A stretch of 64,000 nt of DNA from a virus. Shown here piece by piece: positions 38,444-47,702 of this stretch; the stretch's first letter is position 1, and the number at the start of each line of letters is the position of its first letter. The DNA is taken from the IMG/VR virus record IMGVR_UViG_3300020175_001039, positions 30,556-94,555 of that record; one strand, given 5' to 3'. The notes under the pieces are model-generated. The model was not told the DNA's origin. It was given only the letters and a program-made list of their open reading frames with translations, and searched no databases. The position numbers and the translations under genes were made by a program.

Positions 38444-39505
38444 TTACTGCGGGATAACGCCTTCTTTAAAGATAGCTGCCTTACCTGTGTGCTGTAGGAA
38501 ACCTACCAAGTTTGTTAGCGTCTCACGTTGAATCTGACCACGTAGAATGTCCAGTGCGTCTTTCATATCGTTACCGATGATCCAGTCATACTTGCCAGTC
38601 TTCTGATAAATTTTAGCCATTGATTCTGGATCAGCTGCCATTGCACGGAATGCTGCAACAAGTGCTGGTGTGTTTGGGTTACCTGCACGTGTCCACAATG
38701 CTTTTTGCATTACGTCACGGAAGTTACCCGCTAGTTCAAATGCATCCCAAAATTCGCCACTTGGTGCTACGCCCCATTTAGCTTCAAACACTTCGTGAAT
38801 TGACTGATTTGGCCAGTTTGGATCTGCATCAATTTCACCTGTTTCCAAGTTAAATACACCTTGTGAGAACCATACTTTTGAATAGGGCGCATCAGTATAG
38901 TACTTGTTGTATGCAGCGGTTGACTCACGTGTTACGTTAAGTTCACCACGTTGATATGACAAACGACGTTCACCGCCGGACATGCCTTTGATATACTTGT
39001 ACTGTGAATCAAAGATTTCAGCACCCTGTGCCATTGTTAAACCTGGACCGCCTTTAAGCAAGATGTGTGCCATCATGTCTGGGTTCATACCAGAACCTGC
39101 CGAGAACAAGATCTCACCAGTGTATGGATCAAAATCTTTCTGGTGGCCGTTGATGATTGTCAAGTTCATCATGCCAATTGGATCGTACTGGTAGTAGTCG
39201 TAATCTACGTCATCTACAAGGTATGATACGCCGTTACCGCCGTGTGATACCATTACAGTTTTGTCGTCTGACTGCAAGTCGTTATGAAACTTGTTAAAGC
39301 CAGGAATATCGTTTGCACCCGGAATGTGTACAATTTTAATTTTCTCGCCTAGGTGCTTTTCAAGCTCGCCTGCGACGATTGATGTCCAAACAGATGTACC
39401 AGAGCCTGGTTTCTGTGGAACGATAAATGTATAGTCTGCCATTGCAGAACCAGCCATCATTACAGATGCTAAAGCACCTGCTACTAGTGTTTTAAAGTTC
39501 ATCAT
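38444..39505 (-). CDS. tctC: Tripartite tricarboxylate transporter substrate-binding protein (TctC/Bug)
   Basis: Signal peptide MMNFKTLVAG...AMA; FIVPQKPGSGT, IPGA, YQRGELN; adjacent to tctA. Confidence 0.8.
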   Translation of the reverse strand: MMNFKTLVAGALASVMMAGSAMADYTFIVPQKPGSGTSVWTSIVAGELEKHLGEKIKIVHIPGANDIPGFNKFHNDLQSDDKTVMVSHGGNGVSYLVDDVDYDYYQYDPIGMMNLTIINGHQKDFDPYTGEILFSAGSGMNPDMMAHILLKGGPGLTMAQGAEIFDSQYKYIKGMSGGERRLSYQRGELNVTRESTAAYNKYYTDAPYSKVWFSQGVFNLETGEIDADPNWPNQSIHEVFEAKWGVAPSGEFWDAFELAGNFRDVMQKALWTRAGNPNTPALVAAFRAMAADPESMAKIYQKTGKYDWIIGNDMKDALDILRGQIQRETLTNLVGFLQHTGKAAIFKEGVIPQ

Positions 39506-39535
39506 TTTTTTTCTCCATTTACGATGATTTAAGTG

Positions 39536-39684
39536 AATGTCCATTTATATGGACATTTAAAAAGTCATCTATCATATGATAGATGATAAGCACCTAGTAC
39601 ATACAGCAACTCTGCTATATAATGCTTACATCTTGGATGTTCGTTAACACAACTCTGTGTTACAGTAACATAATTCTATGTTAC
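39536..39684 (-). other. Array of six tandem hairpins in the tctA-tctC intergenic region
   Basis: Stems at 39536-57, 39565-86, 39601-20 (within 39587-628), 39628-40, 39645-62, 39665-84. Confidence 0.75.
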
Positions 39685-39699
39685 GATATTATTAATACT

Positions 39700-41151
39700 T
39701 TATACAAAGTCAATTTTAGCTTTGTTAAAAAATAATCCCCAGATACCAGCAAGTACTGCTAGTACAAGGAAGGTGGCTGGTAACCAATTGGTTAAAAGGT
39801 CAGACCATTCGTAAAGTCCAGTAAACTGCAAATAGCTTTTTTCTAGGCGTGCGCTGAGAATAAAACCAATTAAGAAACTTACTCGGCTAAATTTTCCCCA
39901 CTTCAGGCCAAGACCAACCAAACAACACACAGCAAACATAAGATAATCTTCAATATATCCAGTGTACTGTGTGCAACTCCAGATTAAACTGACCAAAATT
40001 GGCCAGAAGTACCACTGGAAAGGTACATTAGTAATACGCACTGCGTACTTGATAAAAAGATATGAAACAGGCAAAATGATAATCAAACTCCACAAGTAAC
40101 TGCTGAGTAGATGATCAAAAAATACACCATCAGCCAATACAGTTGGTGTCCCGAGTTCTAATCCAACATACATGAGAAGGCCCATCACAATAACTTCAAA
40201 AGGTGCTCCTGGAATACCAAAAAGAATAGTGGGAACATAACTGGTGGCTTTTTGTGCATTATTAGCGCCTTCACAACCAATAACCCCACGCACATTGCCT
40301 TTTCCGATACTTTCTCCGTCTTTTCCACTAGCCGCTACTGTTTGGCTATACGCAAACCAGTCTGCAATATTGCCGCCGATTCCTGGTATCAATCCAATAA
40401 ATCCGCCAATAAATCCGCCGCGCAAGCCGTCCCATTTATACTTCCAACTATCTTTAACGCCTTGCCACAATTGTGATTTTATCTCTTTGTCATCTAGGTG
40501 AATTTTTTCTGCTTTCATAAAGTAGGCGCCTATTAACTCAGGGAAGGCTAGTACACCAGCCATAACAGGAATCATTTGAATTCCATCCCCTAGGTAATCA
40601 ATATCCATTGTCCAGCGAGGTGCGGCGGTTTCTGGATCCATACCAATGTGCCCAACCAAAACGCCTAGTACTAGTGCAACTGCACCTCGGAACCAATATT
40701 TGCTACTTATAAAAACTACGCAAGTCATTGCAAAAATTAAGAAAGCAAACATTTCCTTGGTGCCGAAGTACAGTACGATCTTTGTATACCAAGGAAGGAA
40801 TAAAAATACCAACAACCCCCAGATTAGGCCATTAACCCAGCTTGTACTAATAGCTGCACTTAGTGCTCTAGCAGCCTCTCCTCTTCTCGACATCGGAAAG
40901 CCATCAATCATTGTTGCGGCGGCGCCGCCAGCACCTGGAACATTCATTACAACACCACAAAAACTGTCGCCAATACTGCTAGTAACTACAATTGCAGTTG
41001 TAAACACAACCAACATATATGGATCTTCAAAATAACCCACAAATGCATATACAGCAATTAGTCCAGTGGTGGCGCCAGCAACTGGAATAAGCCCCACGAA
41101 AAATCCGTAAACTACTCCCAGTAATAAGCATGCAATATATGTTTCAAACAT
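39700..41151 (-). CDS. tctA: Tripartite tricarboxylate transporter large permease TctA
   Basis: GLIPVAG, NVPG, DGFPMSRRG, GLIPGIGG, EGANNA, P.ILFGIPG; start revised to MFETY with GAGG RBS. Confidence 0.9.
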   Translation of the reverse strand: MFETYIACLLLGVVYGFFVGLIPVAGATTGLIAVYAFVGYFEDPYMLVVFTTAIVVTSSIGDSFCGVVMNVPGAGGAAATMIDGFPMSRRGEAARALSAAISTSWVNGLIWGLLVFLFLPWYTKIVLYFGTKEMFAFLIFAMTCVVFISSKYWFRGAVALVLGVLVGHIGMDPETAAPRWTMDIDYLGDGIQMIPVMAGVLAFPELIGAYFMKAEKIHLDDKEIKSQLWQGVKDSWKYKWDGLRGGFIGGFIGLIPGIGGNIADWFAYSQTVAASGKDGESIGKGNVRGVIGCEGANNAQKATSYVPTILFGIPGAPFEVIVMGLLMYVGLELGTPTVLADGVFFDHLLSSYLWSLIIILPVSYLFIKYAVRITNVPFQWYFWPILVSLIWSCTQYTGYIEDYLMFAVCCLVGLGLKWGKFSRVSFLIGFILSARLEKSYLQFTGLYEWSDLLTNWLPATFLVLAVLAGIWGLFFNKAKIDFV

Positions 41152-41191
41152 TTTTATACCTCTTCGTATATTATTTTTAATATAGCCATAG

Positions 41192-41218
41192 AAAAAACCC
41201 GCAAAGATATTTGCGAGC
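41192..41218 (-). terminator. Terminator-like hairpin in the tctA leader
   Basis: GCTCGCAAA-TATC-TTTGCGGGT-TTTTT. Confidence 0.7.
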
Positions 41219-41304
41219 ATTAAAAAGTTTTTGAAGTTGTGCATTCTGCAAGGCTTAAAAACTATATGACTATGGAATAATAACGTAATCTACGCTATCA
41301 TTAT

Positions 41305-41312
41305 TATTTATC
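41305..41312 (-). promoter_or_regulatory. Late-promoter-like box GATAAATA
   Basis: Immediately after the upstream stop, ahead of the structured tctA leader. Confidence 0.55.
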
Positions 41313-41986
41313 TATTTAACTTTTAACACAAAGTAAAGTCGATTTCCGCCATCCTCTGACAGTGCAATTACTTCACAATTGAGTTGATTAGCAGCATTTA
41401 GAATAAATGTCGGGTTCCAATCAAAGAAATCAATCCATTGCGATTCCAGCGCATCATGTTGTTTGCCTGGGTTAACTCGAAAAAATAAAAACCCGCCAGT
41501 GTTAGTTAAACTGATTGCTTTTTTTAATTCACTATATATTTTATCTACTGATCCAAAATTAATACTACCTAGGCAGATGACAGCGTCAAATTTATTGCCC
41601 GGATTATACTCTAGAATATGACAATTTATATCTGCACGACTATTGTATGCATCAATTCCCACCAAATTATGTATTTTACCTTTAAACTCATTATAACCGC
41701 AACCGAGATCCAATACACTACGTGGCTTTAGATTATTAATTTCATCAATGATAGCAAGTCCACTATATTTGTATTTTTTTGTTTTTGGTTGCCATACTTT
41801 ACTAAAATAATTACACAATACCTCATCATCAATTGCATCGGTTATCGATACAAGGTCAGTATTACTTAATTCAATATCAACACCAAAGGTCACATTAATT
41901 GCCTGTCGCAATGCATTATTATCATCAATCAACTGTGGAGATGACACTAGAAGTTCCTGTAGTTTATTAAATATCTTTGTATTCAT
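41312..41986 (-). CDS. Class I SAM-dependent methyltransferase
   Basis: VLDLGCG, GID, FDAVICLGSINF; start revised to MNTKIF. Confidence 0.8.
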   Translation of the reverse strand: MNTKIFNKLQELLVSSPQLIDDNNALRQAINVTFGVDIELSNTDLVSITDAIDDEVLCNYFSKVWQPKTKKYKYSGLAIIDEINNLKPRSVLDLGCGYNEFKGKIHNLVGIDAYNSRADINCHILEYNPGNKFDAVICLGSINFGSVDKIYSELKKAISLTNTGGFLFFRVNPGKQHDALESQWIDFFDWNPTFILNAANQLNCEVIALSEDGGNRLYFVLKVK

Positions 41987-42162
41987 TAGTCTTGTCTTTT
42001 CCAATAATGAGGATTATCCTCAGTAGGTACATTTCCAATATACACTTGACCAGTTTCCATGTCAAGTAATTTATATTTTTCCGGACATTTTGTTATTACT
42101 TTAAGCGTAATTGCCATATCAAATTCCGGTGCCTCAGTGTTGTCTAGTAATTTACGTTTCAT
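41986..42162 (-). CDS. Small hypothetical protein (58 aa)
   Basis: Not in track: MKRKLLDNTEAPEFDMAITLKVITKCPEKYKLLDMETGQVYIGNVPTEDNPHYWKRQD; coupled both sides. Confidence 0.7.
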   Translation of the reverse strand: MKRKLLDNTEAPEFDMAITLKVITKCPEKYKLLDMETGQVYIGNVPTEDNPHYWKRQD

Positions 42163-42572
42163 TCAAGTTTGCCATCTTCTCTTAGTTGTTTGCGTATTTT
42201 TGTGGCACTAATATTGTGTATTTCTTGGCCTAAATCATGTTCTGTGAATGTATAACCTACTCCGCGGCCATAGCTGATATCAACGATGTTAGGCACTTTC
42301 ATAATCATATACTCAACACCGTAAGTTGCATAGTCAGTGAGTCCATCTTTAATATTTTTCACAACAGTATCATAATCAAATGGGTTATCATCTTGCTTTG
42401 CTGTGCGCCCAGCGCCTGCATCCTGTCCGACTATCCCACCTACGTCTCTAATCATTATACACACTTGGCCGGTTTCGTCAAGTGCTTTTTTGAATAATGC
42501 AGTGTGGCCATCGTGCCACGGCTGCCAGCGCCCTAGCATCTGTGCTGTGGGTTTTTGCCAATCGAAACTCAT
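42159..42572 (-). CDS. HxGH nucleotidyltransferase (cytidyltransferase-like)
   Basis: GRWQPWHDGH, DNPF, ISATKIR. Confidence 0.85.
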   Translation of the reverse strand: MSFDWQKPTAQMLGRWQPWHDGHTALFKKALDETGQVCIMIRDVGGIVGQDAGAGRTAKQDDNPFDYDTVVKNIKDGLTDYATYGVEYMIMKVPNIVDISYGRGVGYTFTEHDLGQEIHNISATKIRKQLREDGKLE

Positions 42573-42997
42573 TTATTTCTCTCCATGTAGTTATTAACTA
42601 CTTCCATTAATGTACTGTGCGTGTCATCAAACCAGTCACTTACGTGGTAATCAATACCAGATTTGGGAGGTTCTTCAAATATACGATTAGTGTCCGCGAA
42701 CCTGCCTTCTTTGATGGTATCCATCCACACCTTATAGTCTGCATCAAACTCCAGCCTGGCTGCACTGGTAGGACATATAAAGTCAGCTACTGCAATTCTT
42801 CCTGCTTTGACGACACCATCTGCTAAGTGTCGCATACGCTGTGCCTGTCGTTGACGTCCATCCAATGTAAAGTCCCAGTCGTCGTATTCAGCCCTGATTT
42901 CATCTGCATTCAAATGTACTGCGCCAATCATCTCAGCAAAGGGACGAGCAAGAGTGGTTTTGCCACTGCCGGGCAAACCAAATATTAAAATTTTCAT
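42569..42997 (-). CDS. cysC: Adenylylsulfate (APS) kinase-like
   Basis: GLPGSGKT, NADEIR, F...GR.RQ, DFICP, FEEP. Confidence 0.78.
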   Translation of the reverse strand: MKILIFGLPGSGKTTLARPFAEMIGAVHLNADEIRAEYDDWDFTLDGRQRQAQRMRHLADGVVKAGRIAVADFICPTSAARLEFDADYKVWMDTIKEGRFADTNRIFEEPPKSGIDYHVSDWFDDTHSTLMEVVNNYMERNK

Positions 42998-43005
42998 TTT
43001 TTTTC

Positions 43006-43110
43006 CTATTCGTAAATGTAGGGGTCTTGATCTTTTAGTTCTTTTAACTTTTTCTTAATCATTTTTTTACGTTTGTATTCAGCAATTTTGCCTTTAATCC
43101 AATTAATCAT
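43006..43110 (-). CDS. DPxIY micro-protein 1 (34 aa)
   Basis: MINWIKGKIAEYKRKKMIKKKLKELKDQDPYIYE; ATGA overlap with upstream stop. Confidence 0.8.
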   Translation of the reverse strand: MINWIKGKIAEYKRKKMIKKKLKELKDQDPYIYE

Positions 43111-43943
43111 TTCCAATTGTCCTTGCCGTTTATAATGTTATGTTCGTATTTAACAAACAAATTGTTGTAGTTGTTAAAATCTGGAGCCCAGGCTGCAAGA
43201 TACGATAGTATGTACCTTGTTGGGTGTGCATCTGCTTTACGGTGATGTCTGTATTCAGTCATATCAAATATCACAAAGCCTTGTTCAGCAAGTACTTGAC
43301 AATCTTTTAAGTATTGTCCGCTTTCCCAACGACTGTATGCTTCTGCTGTTCCATTACCAAAGGGTCCTGTTGATATTAATATTCCTTTGTCACTTATTGA
43401 ATCTTTATAAGCATCCATTAATCCATTTAATGCTCCCAAGTAAGGTGATGCATCATCATTTACATAATCTAACTTAGCACCATTTACTTTTACTAAATGC
43501 TTTGCTGTTGATATTTGATATGCATCCATTCCATGAAACAATGATTCTTTTCTATTTGGCAGTTGCCAATCGGCTCTATGTGTTTCAGAAAAACGTCTCA
43601 ATGATAAGTCTTGAGCCTTTGCTAATCGTTCATGGTTCTCTATAAAATGTCTTCTGTTGCCTACAGTTTTATAATGTTCTAAATGATCTTTATGAAATAA
43701 GTCTACACCCATTATGTGTGTATCTTCGGAAAACTTAAACATCATGTCATGAGCTCCGCCTCCGCCTATTCCAAGCTCACACAAACTTAATTGTTGCTGT
43801 CTTGACTTTGTTAATTTATCTACAGATGAGAGTGCGTCAGCTAAAAATGGATGAAGTCCTCTGTCTACTTGTCTTTTAACATCTACACAACTATCAGACA
43901 TTGCTTCTTGTGTGTAGCCATGTACATCAAATCTATTAATCAT
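43107..43943 (-). CDS. Methyltransferase-fold protein
   Basis: ELGIGGG, GVD, DAY, DYVNDDAS. Confidence 0.6.
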   Translation of the reverse strand: MINRFDVHGYTQEAMSDSCVDVKRQVDRGLHPFLADALSSVDKLTKSRQQQLSLCELGIGGGGAHDMMFKFSEDTHIMGVDLFHKDHLEHYKTVGNRRHFIENHERLAKAQDLSLRRFSETHRADWQLPNRKESLFHGMDAYQISTAKHLVKVNGAKLDYVNDDASPYLGALNGLMDAYKDSISDKGILISTGPFGNGTAEAYSRWESGQYLKDCQVLAEQGFVIFDMTEYRHHRKADAHPTRYILSYLAAWAPDFNNYNNLFVKYEHNIINGKDNWK

Positions 43944-45462
43944 GTGTGTATACCTTTACTCCATACATGCTAGTCCATTCGGCTGCATCTTCTTCTGTAT
44001 TTACCATAGGCTTGCCTTTGATATTTAAACTTGTGTTTAATATGATAGGACATCCTGTTTTTGCATGCCATTCAACCATAAGCTGATGCAATCCTGGGTG
44101 GTCTTGTTTAGTAACAGTCTGTACACGACTGGTGTTATCTATATGCGCAATTGCTGGAAATAGGTCTGGGCGCTTACATACACTTGTATACTGCATATAA
44201 GGACCAACTGCGCCATCAAAATACTCACTAGCGTGTTCTGCTAATACCATAGGAGCGAATGGCCGGAATTCCTGTCTACGTTTTACTGTGTTGACTAAAT
44301 CCTTTATATCATCGCCTCTAGGATCTGCAAACAAGCTGCGGTTGCCCAATGCACGTGGACCGAACTCTGCCTTGCCGTTTGCTACACCCACTAGTCTGGT
44401 GTTTTCTAGTTCATGTAACAAACCTTTTACTGGATACTGGCCGGAGATATTGTATCCCAAGTAAGGCCCTTTCCATTCAATAAAATCTTTGCGGGCGGCT
44501 AAAATAGCACCAAGGCTACTACCAGCGTCGCCTGGATTGGGCATGATCCAAACATTACCATCGTAGTAACGATGTGCAATACTATTAGCTACACAGTTCA
44601 AAGCACAGCCTCCCATAACCACAAGATTTTTACTGGGCACTAGTCGCTGCGTTTCTTTTACAAGGTGTTCAAACACCATTTCATAAACGGCCTGTGTACT
44701 TGCTGCAATGTCTGCGTAATCTTGAACTGTGTTCAGCTCTGGTGCCCACCACATGCATCCACGATGCAGATTGTGTTTAAACTTTACCTTTGCGCTGCCC
44801 GGGCGCAATGGCTTAAAGAAGTCTTCATATATTTTTTGCTTGTATTTTTCTGGGTCGCCCAGTGCTGCCCAACCCATAAGTATATATTCATCTTCGTTGG
44901 GTTTAAGTCCAATGCGCTGTGTCATAGCACTGTACCATAATCCAATGCTGTGCGGATATCCTTGACTGAACTTTCTTTTTAATTTTTTGCCTTTACCATG
45001 CCATATGGATAATGTCTCAAATTCACCAATGCTGTCCACCACTAATACCGCCGCGTCGGTAAACGGGCCAGTATAATAACCAGCTGCTGCGTGACTATGA
45101 TGATGTTTTACTTGATCAAGTACAGTGGATTCAATAACAAAATCAGCATCATCACCAGGCAGATATTGTCGAGATACGATGTTCACATCTAATAATTGCT
45201 TACCTGGTGATGGCTTAGACCACGCCGTGTGATATTGTTTAGACCAAACTTGTCTCATACGTTTTAAAACAGTATTTTCATACCAATGTGTGATTCTTGG
45301 TTCACCAAATTCCAATGCAGCATCAACCAGGTCTTGATTTAACCACTTGTCATTTTTTACACCGCTATATCTTTCAGCGTGACCAGCAAATAAAATTTCG
45401 TCACCTTCGACAACTGTGAGACTTGCGTCATGTGCGCCGGCAGTTATACCCCATCTAATCAT
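43936..45462 (-). CDS. O-carbamoyltransferase (NodU/CmcH/TobZ family)
   Basis: HDAS, ERYS..K, HHHSHAA, DSIGE, GGCALN, EFGPRALGNRS, RPFAP, NTSLN. Confidence 0.95.
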   Translation of the reverse strand: MIRWGITAGAHDASLTVVEGDEILFAGHAERYSGVKNDKWLNQDLVDAALEFGEPRITHWYENTVLKRMRQVWSKQYHTAWSKPSPGKQLLDVNIVSRQYLPGDDADFVIESTVLDQVKHHHSHAAAGYYTGPFTDAAVLVVDSIGEFETLSIWHGKGKKLKRKFSQGYPHSIGLWYSAMTQRIGLKPNEDEYILMGWAALGDPEKYKQKIYEDFFKPLRPGSAKVKFKHNLHRGCMWWAPELNTVQDYADIAASTQAVYEMVFEHLVKETQRLVPSKNLVVMGGCALNCVANSIAHRYYDGNVWIMPNPGDAGSSLGAILAARKDFIEWKGPYLGYNISGQYPVKGLLHELENTRLVGVANGKAEFGPRALGNRSLFADPRGDDIKDLVNTVKRRQEFRPFAPMVLAEHASEYFDGAVGPYMQYTSVCKRPDLFPAIAHIDNTSRVQTVTKQDHPGLHQLMVEWHAKTGCPIILNTSLNIKGKPMVNTEEDAAEWTSMYGVKVYTHD

Positions 45463-45934
45463 TTTTTTTCTCTAAGTTTATGTATAGCATATTTGCTTTT
45501 CTTAATATTTCATCACACAATAATTTTCCAGCTTGATCAATTAATGAAAATTCCAAGCTATTAGAAACATCTTTCAACAACTGCCAATGATTTCTTTTCA
45601 ATGCCAAATTATATTGTGCCAGTGTCCTGTTAAAGAACTTATTTTGTGCGGCTGACTCCAAATCAGTTGTAAACAATAAATTATTTTTATTGTGTATATA
45701 GATCTTCTCATTTGGTTGGCCGGCTTCTTGTTTCCATTCTAACACACCATTTGTTAAAAGTAAACTGGAAATTTTAGTGGGTGTATTCATAAACACTGCG
45801 TCGTATTGTGACAAATCAAGTTGATTTAAAATACCTGCATAATTTATATATCCACCACCAGGAAGTATTCTATAATCGTATTTATGCTCCTTGCTGTACG
45901 CTTGATATTCATTTGTTAGTACTAATATTTTCAT
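45455..45934 (-). CDS. Hypothetical protein
   Basis: 159 aa, tiles with neighbours. Confidence 0.6.
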   Translation of the reverse strand: MKILVLTNEYQAYSKEHKYDYRILPGGGYINYAGILNQLDLSQYDAVFMNTPTKISSLLLTNGVLEWKQEAGQPNEKIYIHNKNNLLFTTDLESAAQNKFFNRTLAQYNLALKRNHWQLLKDVSNSLEFSLIDQAGKLLCDEILRKANMLYINLEKKND

Positions 45935-45936
45935 GG

Positions 45937-46788
45937 TTATACTAAATTGCTAAAAATAACATTGGTTGCACGATTTAAATACTGGTCCAAATCTTTATTT
46001 TTTGTCATACTTGCCACCAATTGTGCCAGTCCTATATTTTTTAAACTGTAGTTTGCCAGTTCAGGTTTAGTCACTTGTGCAAATGGCAAAGTTAGTCCTA
46101 GAAAAATTTCCTCGTAATGATATAATTTTAGTTTGTTAACTTTTCCCATGTCAGCTAATTGGCTTGCTGAGTTAAACCATCTTTCTAACATATACATTAA
46201 GTTGGTGTCATCATGTAAGTGAGACAGTAACTCAGATTCTACAAATTGGGAAATGTTGGCCTTGGTGTGCGGCAGACGCCTAGCTTTTAAGTATATTCCA
46301 TACAAGTAAACAAAATTAATACACTGATCGTCTATTCTTGTTGCCAGTCCATTATATTCTTTTTCTAATAGATCACATAAACTGGATATGTATGGAGGCG
46401 GAAGTCTCATATTCATTCCCTCTCCCAGTTCAACAGCTCGTTGTAACAACCAAGATGTTTCTCCAATGGTGCGACTAACATTAAACATGCGCTTTGCTTC
46501 TAGCATAAAACAACTAAACCAGTTTGGTAATATAATTGCCATTTCATTTACCATTACATCTTGTGTCTCAAAAAACTTTATAGGAATGTTATGTGAAGCT
46601 AATATAGATTGGTTTGGCTTTATTTCATTCATGGTTGGACGAACATGATATTTTATGTCATCACTAGTCACATACTCGTTAATGTATTCTAGATACTCAG
46701 TATTGGATTTAGGAAGCAAATAACTTATTAAATGATTTCCTCCAGCGCCAGCATCCCATATAACCCCATGTTGAAATAAATGCGTCAT
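45937..46788 (-). CDS. Hypothetical protein, possibly divergent sulfotransferase-like
   Basis: WDAGAGGNHL near N-terminus, YHYEEIF near C-terminus. Confidence 0.45.
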   Translation of the reverse strand: MTHLFQHGVIWDAGAGGNHLISYLLPKSNTEYLEYINEYVTSDDIKYHVRPTMNEIKPNQSILASHNIPIKFFETQDVMVNEMAIILPNWFSCFMLEAKRMFNVSRTIGETSWLLQRAVELGEGMNMRLPPPYISSLCDLLEKEYNGLATRIDDQCINFVYLYGIYLKARRLPHTKANISQFVESELLSHLHDDTNLMYMLERWFNSASQLADMGKVNKLKLYHYEEIFLGLTLPFAQVTKPELANYSLKNIGLAQLVASMTKNKDLDQYLNRATNVIFSNLV

Positions 46789-46869
46789 GGACGGTAAACA
46801 TCGCTGCATATGCCGTACGAATCATCACTATCTAACCAGACTTCTAGTACAGTGTGTGACGCCAATAAA

Positions 46870-46971
46870 TTAATCATATAAGAAAGGGTCCTTGTCTTTC
46901 ATACGCTTTAGATTTTTTCTATATTGTATTTCACCGCGTATACGTTCAATTAAGTTTTTAATAAATTTCAT
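46870..46971 (-). CDS. DPxIY micro-protein 2 (33 aa)
   Basis: MKFIKNLIERIRGEIQYRKNLKRMKDKDPFLYD; ATGA overlap with upstream methyltransferase stop. Confidence 0.8.
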   Translation of the reverse strand: MKFIKNLIERIRGEIQYRKNLKRMKDKDPFLYD

Positions 46972-47702
46972 TTTTCTTCCTCAAACATAGCATAAACAAA
47001 TCCAGGAATAAATTCGTATGATTTTAGTTTACTCATAGTAATATCATATTGATCATCATTATCAAAGTTACACCAAGTTAATTTTCTACCAGTTGACAAT
47101 GCTGCCGCTTGTAATACACTTAGATCAATAGTAACTTCATATGGGTGCCTCAATTGATCTCTGAACCAACTTTTTCTTTGGGTTTCATCTTTTATCCAAG
47201 GAGTCATTTTTTTAAATAATTTATATTGTTTATGCTTTGGATATTTATCATAAAAATCAAACATTGCTCTTCTACTAGAAGTATGATATAGTCCCATAAA
47301 ACAATATTGGTTTGATTTAAGTATTGCTTGCTCCAATAAAAAACTTATATCGTGATCTGGTATATGATGCAATACTCCAATACTAACAACAGTGTCAGCA
47401 GTTCTAGTTGTTTGAAGTATATCTTCTTGATTAAAACTAGTATTGGGTATGTTATAACCTTTTGCTCTATCTATATTTTCTTTTATTAAATCTATTCCAG
47501 TTACTTCTACTGAATAATTATTGGCAATGCGATTACTCAACCACCCTTGCCCACAACCTAATTCTAGTACGGTATTGCTATTTGATACTGCTGTGTCCAA
47601 AGACTTCCAAGGAGTATTTGATTTATTAATTTGTTTCCGTAAACTATCATCATCTGATTTATTGAATGGCAAAATATCATAGAACGTTTTCACTAAACTC
47701 AT
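46968..47702 (-). CDS. Class I SAM-dependent methyltransferase
   Basis: VLELGCGQG, TGIDL, GVLHHIPD, WFRDQ..HP.E. Confidence 0.88.
   Translation of the reverse strand: MSLVKTFYDILPFNKSDDDSLRKQINKSNTPWKSLDTAVSNSNTVLELGCGQGWLSNRIANNYSVEVTGIDLIKENIDRAKGYNIPNTSFNQEDILQTTRTADTVVSIGVLHHIPDHDISFLLEQAILKSNQYCFMGLYHTSSRRAMFDFYDKYPKHKQYKLFKKMTPWIKDETQRKSWFRDQLRHPYEVTIDLSVLQAAALSTGRKLTWCNFDNDDQYDITMSKLKSYEFIPGFVYAMFEEEK

Noticed and set aside
39536-39684. CRISPR array, tRNA or known riboswitch class
   Set aside because: No direct repeats with spacers, no cloverleaf or T-loop, and no aptamer consensus I could recognise
46785-46865. 26-aa TTG-start ORF (MASHTVLEVWLDSDDSYGICSDVYRP)
   Set aside because: Fills the gap and overlaps the next ATG, but has no RBS or motif; insufficient support
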